Below, one piece after another: positions 10,513-24,170 of a stretch of 64,000 nucleotides of DNA. Location of the stretch: contig CAVPXI010000014.1 in the NCBI GenBank assembly GCA_963709585.1, forward strand, positions 428,897-492,896. Direction: 5' to 3'. Under the pieces are notes generated by a model. The model saw only the letters and a program-made list of their open reading frames with translations. It had not been told where the DNA came from and searched no databases. Numbering within the stretch: position 1 is the first letter of the stretch; each line of letters starts with the position of its first letter. This stretch comes from Candidatus Dormiibacterota bacterium (GTDB lineage: Bacteria > Chloroflexota > Dormibacteria > Aeolococcales > Aeolococcaceae). The translations under genes were made by a program, and so were the position numbers.

Positions 10513-10937
10513 TGAGGAGGCGGCGAGTGCCCGTGACGGCGACGCCGGATCTCCGCGACCTGGAGTCGCAAGGTGGCGCGCTCGAGAGCCATGACCGCCT
10601 CCTCATTGCCCACGTTCTGGGCGAGGAGTTCCTGCGCCTTCTTGCGCGCTTCCTCGGCACGCGCTTCATCGATGTCCTCGGCCCGCTCGGCGGCATCCGC
10701 AAGGATTGTCACCTTGTCGGGGAGGACCTCGAGAAACCCGCCCGAGACCGCGAGCACATGCTCGGCGTCGTCGTTGCGAATGGTCACCACCCCATTGCGC
10801 AGCGGTGTGAGCAAGGCGATGTGCTGGGGCAGGACCCCGAGGTCGCCCTCGACACCGGGCGCGAGCACGAAGTCAGCCTCCTCGCTGAAGACGCGACCCT
10901 CCGGGGTGACGAGTTCGACCTGGAGCTTGTTGGCCAT
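10509..10937 (-). CDS. atpC: ATP synthase F1 epsilon
   Basis: ELVTPE, GDLGVLPQH and VSGGFLEV motifs; operon position. Confidence 0.96.
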   Translation of the reverse strand: MANKLQVELVTPEGRVFSEEADFVLAPGVEGDLGVLPQHIALLTPLRNGVVTIRNDDAEHVLAVSGGFLEVLPDKVTILADAAERAEDIDEARAEEARKKAQELLAQNVGNEEAVMALERATLRLQVAEIRRRRHGHSPPPQ

Positions 10938-10942
10938 GCTTG

Positions 10943-13347
<2,405 letters not shown>

Positions 13348-13400
13348 GGAGCGTCAGCCTCTGACGGTGCGCCGCACGGCGCCGGTGGGGATCCGCACGA

Positions 13401-14925
13401 TCATCCGGCAAACGTCTTCTTGAACTCGTCGACCGCCGCGCGCAAAGCCTTCTCGAGCTCGTCGGAGATGCGCCCATCCTTGTTGATCTCTTCCTCGATC
13501 TCGGGATGGGTCTGATCCATGAAGCGCAGCAGGCTCTTCTCGAAGTCGCGAACCCGGTCGAGAGGAACATCGTCGAGGAAGCCGCGCGCACCCGCAAAGA
13601 TACTGATGACCTGTTTCGCGAACGGCATCGGGTCGTACTGCGGCTGCTTGAGCAGCTCGGTCATGCGCTGGCCGCGGTCGAGACGATCGCGCGTTCCCTT
13701 GTCGAGGTCGGCGGCGAACTGCGCAAAGGCGGCGAGCTCCCGATACTGGGCAAGGTCGAGGCGCAGCTGTCCGGCGACCTGCTTCATCGCTTTGGTCTGG
13801 GCGTCACCACCGACGCGGGAGACCGAGAGACCGACGTTGATCGCGGGCCGGATCCCGGCGTTGAAGAGGTCGGTCTCGAGGTAGATCTGGCCGTCGGTGA
13901 TCGAGATGACGTTGGTCGGGATGAACGCCGACACGTCGTTCGCCTTGGTCTCGATGATCGGCAGCGCGGTGAGGGTTCCACCCCCCTCCTCGTCGCTCAT
14001 CCGCGCCGCACGCTCGAGCAGCCGGGAGTGCAGGTAGAAGACGTCACCCGGGTACGCTTCGCGCGACGGTGGACGCCGGAGCAGGAGCGAGAGTTCGCGA
14101 TATGCGTCGGCGTGCTTGCTGAGATCGTCATAGATGATCAGCGCGTGCCCGCCCTTCTGCATGAAGTACTCGCCCATCGCGCAGCCGGCGTATGGGGCGA
14201 GAAACTGCAGTGGCGCCGGGTCGGACGCGGTGGCCGCGACGATGATGGTGTGCTCCATGGCACCATGCTGCTCGAGAGTCGCCTTGATCTGGGCCACCTT
14301 CTGCGCGTTCTGCCCCACGGCGACGTAGATGCAGATGACCCCGGTGCCCTTCTGATTGATGATGGAGTCGATCGCGATTGCGGTCTTGCCGGTCTGGCGG
14401 TCGCCGATGATGAGCTCGCGCTGACCACGACCGATCGGGATCATCGAGTTCGATCGCCTTGAGGCCGGTCTGCATCGGCGTGTCGACGTTCTGTCGCTGG
14501 ATGACGCCCGGCGCGACGCGCTCGGTCGGGAGGGTCTGCGCCGTCTCGATGGGACCGCGATCGTCGAGCTGCTCACCGAGCGCGTTGACGACGCGACCAA
14601 CGAGCTCGTCGCCGACGGGCACCTCGGCGATCCGGCCCGTGGTGTGAACCCAATCGCCCTCCTGGAGATGCTCGTACGGTCCGAGGATGACCGCGCCGAC
14701 GCCGTCCTCGCGCAGGTCGAGTGCGAGCGCGAGCACCACGCCCTCGCCTCCGGGTCCGGGCAGCTCGAGCAGTTCGCCGGCCATTGCGCGTTCCAACCCA
14801 TAGATCCGGGCGATGCCGTCACTGACCGACGTGACCACGCCCTCGTTGGCGTCGACCACTGGCGCCTCGAAGCTTGCGATGCGCTGCTTGAGGATCTCTC
14901 CGATCTCGTCGCTGCGTATGGCCAT
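13401..14925 (-). CDS. atpA: ATP synthase F1 alpha; +1 frameshift at ~14449, likely a sequencing error
   Basis: MAIRSDEI...GLKAI then, in another frame, [22 protein letters not shown]; removing one base restores KAIDSMIP. Confidence 0.97.
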
Positions 14926-14949
14926 CAGTTCGTCATTCCTCTCTCTCGA

Positions 14950-15480
14950 TCAGGCAAGGGCTGCCTGGAGCTGTTGCAGGTGGGTGCGCAGGCTGTCGTC
15001 GATGACCCGGTCGCCGATGCGGACCACGAGCCCGCCGATGATGGATGGGTCGCTGCGCACGGTTGTCTGGACTTCACTACCGAGCTGCTTGCTCAGCGAA
15101 TCACGGATGCGCTTCTCGAGCGCCGCGTCGGCGGGCACCGCGGTCGTGACCTCGACGCGAACAACGCCGGACGCCCGGTCAGCCAGTGCGTCGTAATGCG
15201 AAAGGATCTCGCGGGCAATGCCGACACGGCGACGCTCGATGAGCAGCCGGGCGAGATTGCGCGCCTCTGGTGAGGCACCGTCGAGCAGTTGCAGTCCAAG
15301 GCGAACTCGCTCGGCAAGGCTCGTCTTTGGGTTCGCGAGCGCCTCCCTGATTGCCTGGTCACCGAGCGTCTCCGCGACCGCCGCCAGTTGCTCGCGCCAG
15401 CCGGCGATGTCGTCTGCAGCCTGGGCGAGCGCGAAGTACGCCTCGGCATAGCGGCGGGCAATGATGCTGGCGCGTTCCAT
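14950..15480 (-). CDS. atpH: ATP synthase delta
   Basis: IARRYAEA; DPSIIGGLVVRIGDRVIDDS. Confidence 0.95.
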   Translation of the reverse strand: MERASIIARRYAEAYFALAQAADDIAGWREQLAAVAETLGDQAIREALANPKTSLAERVRLGLQLLDGASPEARNLARLLIERRRVGIAREILSHYDALADRASGVVRVEVTTAVPADAALEKRIRDSLSKQLGSEVQTTVRSDPSIIGGLVVRIGDRVIDDSLRTHLQQLQAALA

Positions 15481-15481
15481 G

Positions 15482-16024
15482 TCAGTTCTTCTCGGGCTTC
15501 GCGATCGGGTTGTCCACGACGTTGGCCAGGGCGCCGTCGATGAGGCGCTGATGCGCTTTGGCGTCAAGGGTTTCACCGAGCAGGCGCTCAGTCGTGGCGA
15601 TGACGAGGCCGGCGACCTCGTTGCGCAGGTCCTGGATCGCGCGATCACGCTCGCCACCGATCTCGGCGCGCGCACGCTCGATCAGCGCCTCCGCGTCGGC
15701 CCTCGCCTTGGCAAGGACTTCCGCAGCATCCGCCGTCGCCCCCTGGTGCGAGCGGTTGAGGATCTCGCGGGCCTGGGCGCGCGCCTCTTCGAGCGTCTTT
15801 TCGACCTGCTCCTGGACCTTTGCGAGACGTTCCTCGGACTCCTGCGCCGCACGCAGTCCGGCCTCGATCTTGTTCTCGCGATCGGTGGCGGCCGCGATGA
15901 TGCGCGGATACGCGTATTTCCCGAGGATGAGGATCATCAGGATGAACGCGATCAGCTCGGCGACGAACGTCCCATTGGGGGTGAGCAGTCCGGCCGGCTG
16001 GGAGGCGGCAATCACCGTTGTCAC
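15482..16024 (-). CDS. atpF: ATP synthase Fo b
   Basis: PNGTF plus one TM and a charged coiled coil; operon position. Confidence 0.95.
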   Translation of the reverse strand: MTTVIAASQPAGLLTPNGTFVAELIAFILMILILGKYAYPRIIAAATDRENKIEAGLRAAQESEERLAKVQEQVEKTLEEARAQAREILNRSHQGATADAAEVLAKARADAEALIERARAEIGGERDRAIQDLRNEVAGLVIATTERLLGETLDAKAHQRLIDGALANVVDNPIAKPEKN

Positions 16025-16033
16025 GACCTCGTC

Positions 16034-16279
16034 TTATTTGGCGATGACGTAGATGAAGAAGAACCCGAGCGCGAGGTTGATGAAGTACATCCCCTCGACG
16101 AGGCCGATGATCAGGAACATGGTCACCTGGAGCCGCCCCTGTGCCTCGGGCTGACGGGCGGTGCCGGCGATGGTCGCGTTGCCGGCGAGGCCGTCACCGA
16201 TAGCGGCACCGATTGCACCGCCACCAAGCGCGAGGCCGGCGGCGATCAACGCCCCCATCAGGATCAGTGCGTGGGTCAT
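16034..16279 (-). CDS. atpE: ATP synthase Fo c
   Basis: GxGxG helix, ARQPE loop, conserved Glu in GLVEGMYF. Confidence 0.98.
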   Translation of the reverse strand: MTHALILMGALIAAGLALGGGAIGAAIGDGLAGNATIAGTARQPEAQGRLQVTMFLIIGLVEGMYFINLALGFFFIYVIAK

Positions 16280-17106
16280 GTGGTCTCTCTCCTCAACTCG
16301 TTCGCGTGTGAAGCTGCCCCGTGGTGCTCCTCCTCGAGACCTTCACGGGCCATGCCGAAATAAATAATGGTCAGTAGCATGAAGATGAACGCCTGGATCG
16401 TGCCGATGAGGAAGACGTCGAACAGCTTCCATGCCACCAGCAGCAGGATCCAGATGGGCGACAGCGCCGTCTGAATCACTGACGATCCGGCGAACGCGGT
16501 GAACCCGAGGGTGAGCAGATACACCATCACGAGCCCGCCGAAGATGTTGCCGAACAACCGGAGCCCGAGGCTCAGTGGCTTCTGAATCTCCTCGATGATG
16601 TTGAGTGGCGTGAAGGCGATCCGTGCCAGCAACGGCAGCTCGAACGGCTTGGTGAAGCGCCGCAGGTAGCCGCGAAACCCGAGCACGTGGATGCTGTACC
16701 ACTGCACGATCACGATCACGGCGATTGCCATCGCCAGGGTGAGGTTGATATCCGCAGCCGCCGGTTCGACCGGGGCCGTCAGCGGAAAGAAGTCGAGGTA
16801 GTTGGCGAACAGCACGAACAGGAAGATGGTTGCGGCGATCGGGATGATGAAGTCCGTGCCCTCGTCCGACACCATCTGCCTGGTGAGGTTGCGGATGTAG
16901 CTCAGCAGGAGCTCGAGCACCGACTGGAGCTTGCCGGGCTTGCCGTGGCTGAGGCGATACGCGACACCCAATCCGACCCCGAGTGTCAGCACGATCGCGA
17001 TGCCGCTGGAGATGAGGGTGTCGTAGTTGAACACGCACAGGAAGGCATTCCCGCAGACCTGGATTGTCGGGTGCGTACCCGGCGGTTGATCGGCGGCAAG
17101 GATCAT
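16276..17106 (-). CDS. atpB: ATP synthase Fo a
   Basis: SLGLRLFGN and IQAFIF motifs. Confidence 0.97.
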   Translation of the reverse strand: MILAADQPPGTHPTIQVCGNAFLCVFNYDTLISSGIAIVLTLGVGLGVAYRLSHGKPGKLQSVLELLLSYIRNLTRQMVSDEGTDFIIPIAATIFLFVLFANYLDFFPLTAPVEPAAADINLTLAMAIAVIVIVQWYSIHVLGFRGYLRRFTKPFELPLLARIAFTPLNIIEEIQKPLSLGLRLFGNIFGGLVMVYLLTLGFTAFAGSSVIQTALSPIWILLLVAWKLFDVFLIGTIQAFIFMLLTIIYFGMAREGLEEEHHGAASHANELRRETT

Positions 17107-17537
17107 GCGATTCGCATCGACTCACGGAGGGCGGCGACCGCGAGGACAACCTGCGAGATGCCCAGGCCGAGGATGACCAGCCAGACGTTGGCGAGCCCGA
17201 AGGCGAGGCCGATGGCGATACCGATCGTGCTCAGGGTGATGATCCGGAGCAGGCTGGTGGCCAGAAAGGGAATCGGCAGCGCGATCAATCGCGCCGCCAG
17301 TGCGCCATTGATCGAGCCGATCGCCAGGCCGGTGGCAAGTGCTCCGCCCGGCCCGGCATGTCCGAGCACGATGCCGACCACGGCGGCGATGACCGCCGCG
17401 CCTGCGCAGACGAGCGCCGCGTTGCGTACCAGGCGGAGCGCATTCGCGGATGGCGCCGGGCGTGGAGACGTACCTTCCGAGATCACCTCTTCCACCACTG
17501 CCTTACTTGGACTGTCAAACCGAGGCAACGATATCAA
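17103..17537 (-). CDS. atpI: AtpI-like 4-TM protein (start uncertain)
   Basis: Hydrophobic protein with GLAIGSING motif; stop overlaps the atpB start. Confidence 0.7.
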   Translation of the reverse strand: MISLPRFDSPSKAVVEEVISEGTSPRPAPSANALRLVRNAALVCAGAAVIAAVVGIVLGHAGPGGALATGLAIGSINGALAARLIALPIPFLATSLLRIITLSTIGIAIGLAFGLANVWLVILGLGISQVVLAVAALRESMRIA

Positions 17538-17567
17538 CTGGACGTCGTGGCACGGCCGAGCGGCACA

Positions 17568-17780
17568 TTAGACGTAGCGCCTGAACTGCGCAAACGCGCT
17601 GTAACAGGAGGCCGTGATTCCCAGCAGCAGCCCGATGAGCACGCCGATCGGGCTGGTGTGCAGGAGCGCATCGACGCCGGCGCCGAGGAGGAGCGGCACG
17701 ATCAGCGCGACCGCGAAGGACACCCCGATGCCCGCGAGCTCGGCGCCGGACGGCTTGCGGGGCGCCGGCGCGCCGCTCAG
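17568..17780 (-). CDS. atpZ: AtpZ/AtpI-family 2-TM protein (70 aa), probable CTG start; absent from the ORF track
   Basis: Reads SGAPAPRKPSGAELAGIGVSFAVALIVPLLLGAGVDALLHTSPIGVLIGLLLG...FRRYV*; G..D...T.P motif; CTGA overlap with the upstream stop. Confidence 0.8.
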   Translation of the reverse strand: MSGAPAPRKPSGAELAGIGVSFAVALIVPLLLGAGVDALLHTSPIGVLIGLLLGITASCYSAFAQFRRYV

Positions 17781-18931
17781 TCGGCCTCGCCGCGGTGATG
17801 GATGTGCGACGGGAGCGCCCGGCGCCCGTCCACCTGCACCTCGCTTTCCTCAGCCGCCACGAAAGGGATGCGTGGAACCCTGCGCCGGTTGCGCCACACC
17901 AGCACCACCAGCGCGACCACCAGCAGGCCGAGCGCGACGTCGATGATCCGGCGGTGCCCGTAGATGGTGAGCGCCAGGCAGCCGAGGATCCCGGTGACGA
18001 GATAGAAGGTGAGCGCGGTCTCGAGTGGATTCATGCCGACCGCTCGGAGGCGGTGATGGAGGTGCCCCGCGTCCGGAGCCGCCGGGTTCCGGCCGGCGAG
18101 CGTGCGCCGGACGATGGCGAATGCAGTGTCGCCGATCGGGAGGCCGAGAGCGATCAGCGGCACCAGGATCGAGAGTCCGACGACGATCTTGGCGACTCCG
18201 AGGATGGTGATCACCCCGAGCGCGATGCCGAGGAAGTGCGACCCGGAATCGCCCATGAAGACCCGGGCAGGCGGGAGATTGAAGATGAGAAACCCGAGGC
18301 AGCAGCCCATCAGCGCGCCGCTCAGGATCACCACGCCGCTCTGCACGTCGTTGGGTTCCTGGATCCGGTTGATGGCCGCGAGCAGGCAGACCCCGGCGAC
18401 GATCGCCACGACGCCGGCCGCAACGCCGTCGGCGCCGTCGAGCAGGTTCACCGACACCTGCATCCCGACCAGCCAGACGACGGTCACCGGCGCCGCCAGC
18501 CACATGAGGTCCCACACCGACGCCGCGTGGGCCCCGGGGATGGCGATGGTGGTGATCGTGATGCCGAGCACCACGGTGAGAACGCCCACGCCGACCTCGA
18601 TGCCCAGCTTGCTCAGCCAGGAGAGGTCGAGGATGTCGTCCACCGCCATCGCGACCGTGATCGCGCCGGTGACCGCGAGGACCTGCCACTGGTAGGTGAT
18701 GCTCGAACCGAAGATGGCGATCGCCACCGCGAACCCGGCGAACATGGCGATGCCGCCGAGACGCGGCGTCGGATTCGGATGGAGGTGGCGATCGCCGTCG
18801 GGCTGGGCCACCGCCTTGGTGCGCCGCGCAAGCCACATCGATCCGGGCACCGCCGCGATGCAGACGGCACTCGCCACCAGGAACGGTGGCAGTGCGTTCA
18901 GCCAGGGCGACGCGACGGCGGCACCGATCAC
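17777..18931 (-). CDS. MraY/WecA-family polyprenyl-phosphate GlcNAc-1-P transferase
   Basis: PTPRLGG, VDD, NLLDGADG, FMGDSGS and HLHHRL motifs. Confidence 0.92.
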   Translation of the reverse strand: MIGAAVASPWLNALPPFLVASAVCIAAVPGSMWLARRTKAVAQPDGDRHLHPNPTPRLGGIAMFAGFAVAIAIFGSSITYQWQVLAVTGAITVAMAVDDILDLSWLSKLGIEVGVGVLTVVLGITITTIAIPGAHAASVWDLMWLAAPVTVVWLVGMQVSVNLLDGADGVAAGVVAIVAGVCLLAAINRIQEPNDVQSGVVILSGALMGCCLGFLIFNLPPARVFMGDSGSHFLGIALGVITILGVAKIVVGLSILVPLIALGLPIGDTAFAIVRRTLAGRNPAAPDAGHLHHRLRAVGMNPLETALTFYLVTGILGCLALTIYGHRRIIDVALGLLVVALVVLVWRNRRRVPRIPFVAAEESEVQVDGRRALPSHIHHRGEAD

Positions 18932-20250
18932 GCGGTCGAGCGGCCTCGATAGGGCAGCGGGAAGCGCCGGCAGAGGGTGAGGCTCGCCTCGCGAACCTCG
19001 TCGCGGACCGCGGGGTCGTCGAAGCCGCCGAGCATCCGGGCGACCAGCGCCGCGATCTCGTCCATCTCGGCCTCGCCCATCCCGCGTGAGGTCACCGACG
19101 GCGACCCGAGCCGGATCCCGTTGGGGTTGAAGGGCGATCCCCCGTGCCCCGGGAAGGCGTTGGCGTTGACGGTCACACCCACCTCGTCGAAGGCAGCCTG
19201 GACCGCTCGTCCGCGCAGGCCGGTCGGGCGCAGGTCGATGACCATCAGATGGTTGTCGGTGCCGCCCGTGGTCAGGAGCAGGCCGCGACGGGTCAGGCCC
19301 GTCGCCATCGCCTTGGCATTGGTCACCACCGCCTGGGCGTAGTCGCGGAACGCCGGCTGCGCGCACTGCTTGAACATCACCGCCTTGGCGGCGATCGCGT
19401 GCATCTGCGGGCCGCCCTGAACGTTCGGGCACGCCGCCTTGTCGACCTGGTCGGCATATTCGGAGCGGCACAGGATGACCCCGCCCCACGGCCCGCGCAT
19501 GGTCTTGTGCGTCGTGAGGGTCACGAAGTCGGCGTGCGGGACCGGGCTCGGGTGCGCGCCGCCGGCGACGAGGCCCGCGAAGTGGGCCATGTCCACCATC
19601 AGATACGCGCCGACCTCCTGGGCGATCTCCGCGAAGGCCGCGAAGTCGAGGATGCGTGGATACGAGCTGTAGCCGGCAACGATCATCCTGGGGCGGAACT
19701 CGAGGGCGCGCTCGCGCACCGAGCTCATGTCGAGCACGCCGGTCGTCTCGTCGACGAAATACGGCTCGAAGTGATAGATCTTGCCGCTGAAGCTGACCGG
19801 GGAGCCGTGGCTGAGATGGCCGCCCTGGTCGAGCGCCATCCCGAGCACCTTGTCGCCGGGGCTGAGGACGCTCGCGTAGGCGGCCATGTTCGCCTGGGTG
19901 CCGGAGTGGGGCTGGACGTTGGCGTGCTCGGCCCCGAAGAGCGCCTTGGCACGATCGCGAGCGAGGTTCTCCACCTTGTCGACGACCTGGCAGCCGCCGT
20001 AGTACCGCTTGCCGGGCACGCCCTCGGCGTACTTGTTGTTGAGCCACGAGCCCAGCGCCTCGAGCACGGCCACCGAGGCGAGGTTCTCCGAAGGGATGAG
20101 CTCGAGCGTGTCCTCCTGGCGCTCCAACTCCTCCTCGAGGAGGTCCGCGACCTCGGGATCGGTGGCGCCCAGGGCGGGTTTGTCGTTGAATCCGGCGCCC
20201 GCCGGGACACTCGGACGGATGTCGACATGAGTGCCGGTCACTGCGATCAC
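18928..20250 (-). CDS. glyA: Serine hydroxymethyltransferase
   Basis: LIPSEN, NKYAEG, GGHLSHG and TTHKTMRGP motifs. Confidence 0.98.
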   Translation of the reverse strand: MIAVTGTHVDIRPSVPAGAGFNDKPALGATDPEVADLLEEELERQEDTLELIPSENLASVAVLEALGSWLNNKYAEGVPGKRYYGGCQVVDKVENLARDRAKALFGAEHANVQPHSGTQANMAAYASVLSPGDKVLGMALDQGGHLSHGSPVSFSGKIYHFEPYFVDETTGVLDMSSVRERALEFRPRMIVAGYSSYPRILDFAAFAEIAQEVGAYLMVDMAHFAGLVAGGAHPSPVPHADFVTLTTHKTMRGPWGGVILCRSEYADQVDKAACPNVQGGPQMHAIAAKAVMFKQCAQPAFRDYAQAVVTNAKAMATGLTRRGLLLTTGGTDNHLMVIDLRPTGLRGRAVQAAFDEVGVTVNANAFPGHGGSPFNPNGIRLGSPSVTSRGMGEAEMDEIAALVARMLGGFDDPAVRDEVREASLTLCRRFPLPYRGRSTA

Positions 20251-20855
20251 TGCCCCTCCGTGGTGGATGCTGGAAAGCCCCCAAGAAGCGAGAGCAACGC
20301 GGTGGCGCTGATCGGGCCGTCGCGCAGCACGCGAGGGGTCGTCGTCGTGCAGTCGATGATAGTCGAGGCAAGTCCGGCCGAGCGACCACCATCGAGAACG
20401 CAGTCGACCTCGGCGCTGAGCGCCGCAGTCACGCCCTCCGCGGTGTCCGGGGCGGGCTCGCCGTGGCGGTTGGCGCTGGTGGTGGCGAGTGGGCCGGTGC
20501 GCCGGAGCAGTTCGAGGGCGATGGGGTGATCCGGAACCCGGACGCTGAGGGTGCTGCCGTCGCGCGGGATCGCCCAGCGCCGGCTGCGCAGCGTGCTCAC
20601 GATCGAGAGCGCCCCCGGCCAGTACGCGGCTGCCAGCGTTCGCGCCGCCGGACTCAGATCGACGTCGTCCTCGACGTCAGCCAGGGACGCGGTCAGGAGG
20701 GTCAGCTCGAGCCCATCGGGGCGGCGCTTGATGGCGTAGATGCGGCTCACCGCGGCCGGGTTCGCCGGGTCGCAGGCCAGCCCGTAGACGGTGTCGGTCG
20801 GGATCGCGATCACGCCACCCCGCCTGATCGCCTGCACCGCGCCGTCGAGGCTCAC
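20247..20855 (-). CDS. tsaC: L-threonylcarbamoyladenylate synthase (YrdC/Sua5)
   Basis: PTDTVYGL and TTSANRHG motifs. Confidence 0.95.
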   Translation of the reverse strand: MSLDGAVQAIRRGGVIAIPTDTVYGLACDPANPAAVSRIYAIKRRPDGLELTLLTASLADVEDDVDLSPAARTLAAAYWPGALSIVSTLRSRRWAIPRDGSTLSVRVPDHPIALELLRRTGPLATTSANRHGEPAPDTAEGVTAALSAEVDCVLDGGRSAGLASTIIDCTTTTPRVLRDGPISATALLSLLGGFPASTTEGQ

Positions 20856-21710
20856 GGCACCTCGACATCGATGACTCGGGTCCGCCCGGTGAGGTCGAGC
20901 ACGGGGGACGCAACCGCGCCCGCGAAGGTCGCAGTCGCCAGCGCGGCGACAGCGTCGGCGTGGCCCGGGTCGACCTCGAGCATCACCCGTGCGGTGGTGA
21001 CCCGTTCGCGAATCGACGCGAGCAGCGCGTGGTAGGCGTCGAGGCCGTCATCGCCGCCGAGCAAGGCGCCGCGGGGCTCGAAGTCACGCACGTCTCGATC
21101 AACGGCTTCGAGCTCCTCGGTGGTCACGTACGGCGGGTTGCTGACGATGAGGTCGAACCGTCCATCGAGCGCATCCGCCCACGAGCACTCGACGAACGAG
21201 ACGTCGACGTCCAGCGCCAGCGCGTTGGCCCGGGCCACGTCGAGCGCCGCGCGTGAAAGGTCCGTCGCGGTCACGCTCATGCCGGGGACCTCGGCGGCGA
21301 GCGTGATCGCGATGCAGCCGCTGCCGGTTCCGAGGTCGGCAACGCGGAGTTCCGCTCCCGGCCGCGCGCGCAGAAAGGCGACAGCGCGCTGGACAAGTGT
21401 CTCGGTATCGGGACGCGGCACCAGCACGTCAGGCGTGACCGCGAACGGCCGGCCGTAGAACTCACGAGTGCCGGTGATGTACGCGACCGGTTCACCCTTC
21501 CCTCGGCGCCTGACCAGTTCCCGGATCGATGTCAACTCCCCGGCGTCGAGGGGGCGGTCGAACTGCAGGTACAGGTCGATGCGGCGCAGCCCGAGCGCCT
21601 GCGCGCAGAGCAGCTCGGAGTTGAGGCGCGCCGACGTGCTGCCGTGGTCGCCGAGGTACGTCGTGCTCAGACGGAGCACGTCGATGAGCGTTGGAGGGGT
21701 CGACGCCACC

Positions 21711-21736
<26 letters not shown>
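20852..21736 (-). CDS. prmC: Release factor glutamine methyltransferase
   Basis: PRPDTE, DLGTGSG and NPPY motifs; follows prfA. Confidence 0.96.
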
Positions 21737-22826
<1,090 letters not shown>

Positions 22827-22836
22827 GGCAACTGTC

Positions 22837-23739
22837 TCAGCGCGGTCCGGACGCCTCGAAGACGACGCTGTCACCCGCGCGAGCCGCATCGAGTGCCGCA
22901 ATCGCGACCTCGATCTGCGCATCGGCGGGACGGCGTGTGCTCAGCAACTGGGTTCCGAGCACCGGCGCCAGAGCGATCCGGCCCGGCAGGGTGGTGCGGA
23001 TCTTGACGAGCGCGCGAATGATCTCGTAGGACACGGCCGCGACCAGGGGCACCAGCACGACCTGACAGACAAGCCGCACCGCGGTGGGCAGCAGGCCAAG
23101 TGGTGCAAAGACGCCGACACTCACCAGTGCGACGACGACGAGAAACCCCGTGCCGCAGCGGGGATGGAGGCGGCTGCGCTCGCGAACATGCGCAACGTCA
23201 ATGGCGTCGCCGGACTCGAGCGCGTTTATCGCCATGTGCTCCGCGCCGTGGTACTGAAAGAGCCGGCGGACATTCGGAATCATGCCGATCAGGAGCAGGT
23301 ACAGGATCAGGATCGCGGCGCGAATCACGCCCTCGATGAGCACCGCGCTGATCGACTGCGTCGCGCCGTGGTGCAGCAGCCCACCGAGCAGCAGTGGGAC
23401 GCCGATGAACAACGCAAGCGCGAAGACGAGCGACGCGATCATGGCGCCGCGAATCGCGCCCTCACCGATCTCCGCGTCCTGGCCGAGCTGCACGAGCGCC
23501 GACCACTGCAGCGCGCGCATGCCCAGGTGGATGGTCTCGTAGAGGCCGGCGACGCCGCGAAGAAACGGGCGGCGCCAGACGCTTGCGGTGTAGACGCGCG
23601 AGCGCAACACATCGGTGCACACGGCGATCTCGCCGTTCGGCTTGCGCGCCGCAATCGCGTAGCGATCCCTGCCGCGCATGAGCACGCCTTCGATGACCGC
23701 CTGGCCGCCGTAGAAGAAGGTGGCAGGCGGTGCGCTCAC
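22837..23739 (-). CDS. DUF1385 membrane protein
   Basis: [15 protein letters not shown] and HPRCGT motifs. Confidence 0.92.
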   Translation of the reverse strand: MSAPPATFFYGGQAVIEGVLMRGRDRYAIAARKPNGEIAVCTDVLRSRVYTASVWRRPFLRGVAGLYETIHLGMRALQWSALVQLGQDAEIGEGAIRGAMIASLVFALALFIGVPLLLGGLLHHGATQSISAVLIEGVIRAAILILYLLLIGMIPNVRRLFQYHGAEHMAINALESGDAIDVAHVRERSRLHPRCGTGFLVVVALVSVGVFAPLGLLPTAVRLVCQVVLVPLVAAVSYEIIRALVKIRTTLPGRIALAPVLGTQLLSTRRPADAQIEVAIAALDAARAGDSVVFEASGPR

Positions 23740-23850
23740 CGCGTTGATTGCAACCGTGAGTAGGAGATCGCGGCAGCGCCGGGCTCTAAGCATGATCGGC
23801 ATGCTAGTTGTAGTACCCAGATCGTGGGAAAGGCGGTCAGCTCCGCACAG

Positions 23851-23885
23851 TGGACAATCCTGACGGATCGTACTATTATGACGGA
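23851..23885 (+). promoter_or_regulatory. Sigma70-like promoter TGGACA-N17-TATTAT with TGACGGA direct repeats (23861, 23879); probably leaderless
   Basis: -10 element ends 6 nt before the ATG at 23886; no SD. Confidence 0.65.
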
Positions 23886-24170
23886 ATGTCAGAAACGATC
23901 ATCTCAGCGAGCGACGTGCGAATCCCGAACGCCGGCAGGGAGGCGCTGGCCCGCCATCAGCCCGTTGTCGTGCAGAGTCATGGCCGCGCGACGATCTACA
24001 TGCTCCACCCCGCTGAGTACGAGGCAGTCAGCGGGCTGCTTGAGCGTCGTCGTCATGGTCAGCCCGTGTCTGTCGATCAGCTTCTCGACAACGAGGATTT
24101 GGATCTGCTTCGAGAAGAGCGTGCAGCGGACCGGGACTTGGCGCAAGGGATCGTGGAAAGCTGGCTCTAA
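23886..24170 (+). CDS. Putative Phd/YefM-like antitoxin
   Basis: ISASDVR...PVVVQSHGRATIYML..AEYE pattern; acidic C-terminus; abuts the toxin gene. Confidence 0.65.
   Translation: MSETIISASDVRIPNAGREALARHQPVVVQSHGRATIYMLHPAEYEAVSGLLERRRHGQPVSVDQLLDNEDLDLLREERAADRDLAQGIVESWL

Noticed and set aside
14440-14455. Programmed frameshift or true pseudogenisation of atpA
   Set aside because: Essential gene in an otherwise intact operon; no slippery site; the extra base sits in the recurrent GACTC error motif
16034-16279. Na+-coupled ATP synthase
   Set aside because: Lacks the Q...E-S/T sodium-binding signature; E62 is followed by Gly
17777-20392. 871-aa ORF as a giant WecA fusion
   Set aside because: The N-terminal part is an off-frame shadow over glyA; the real start is the GTG at 18931
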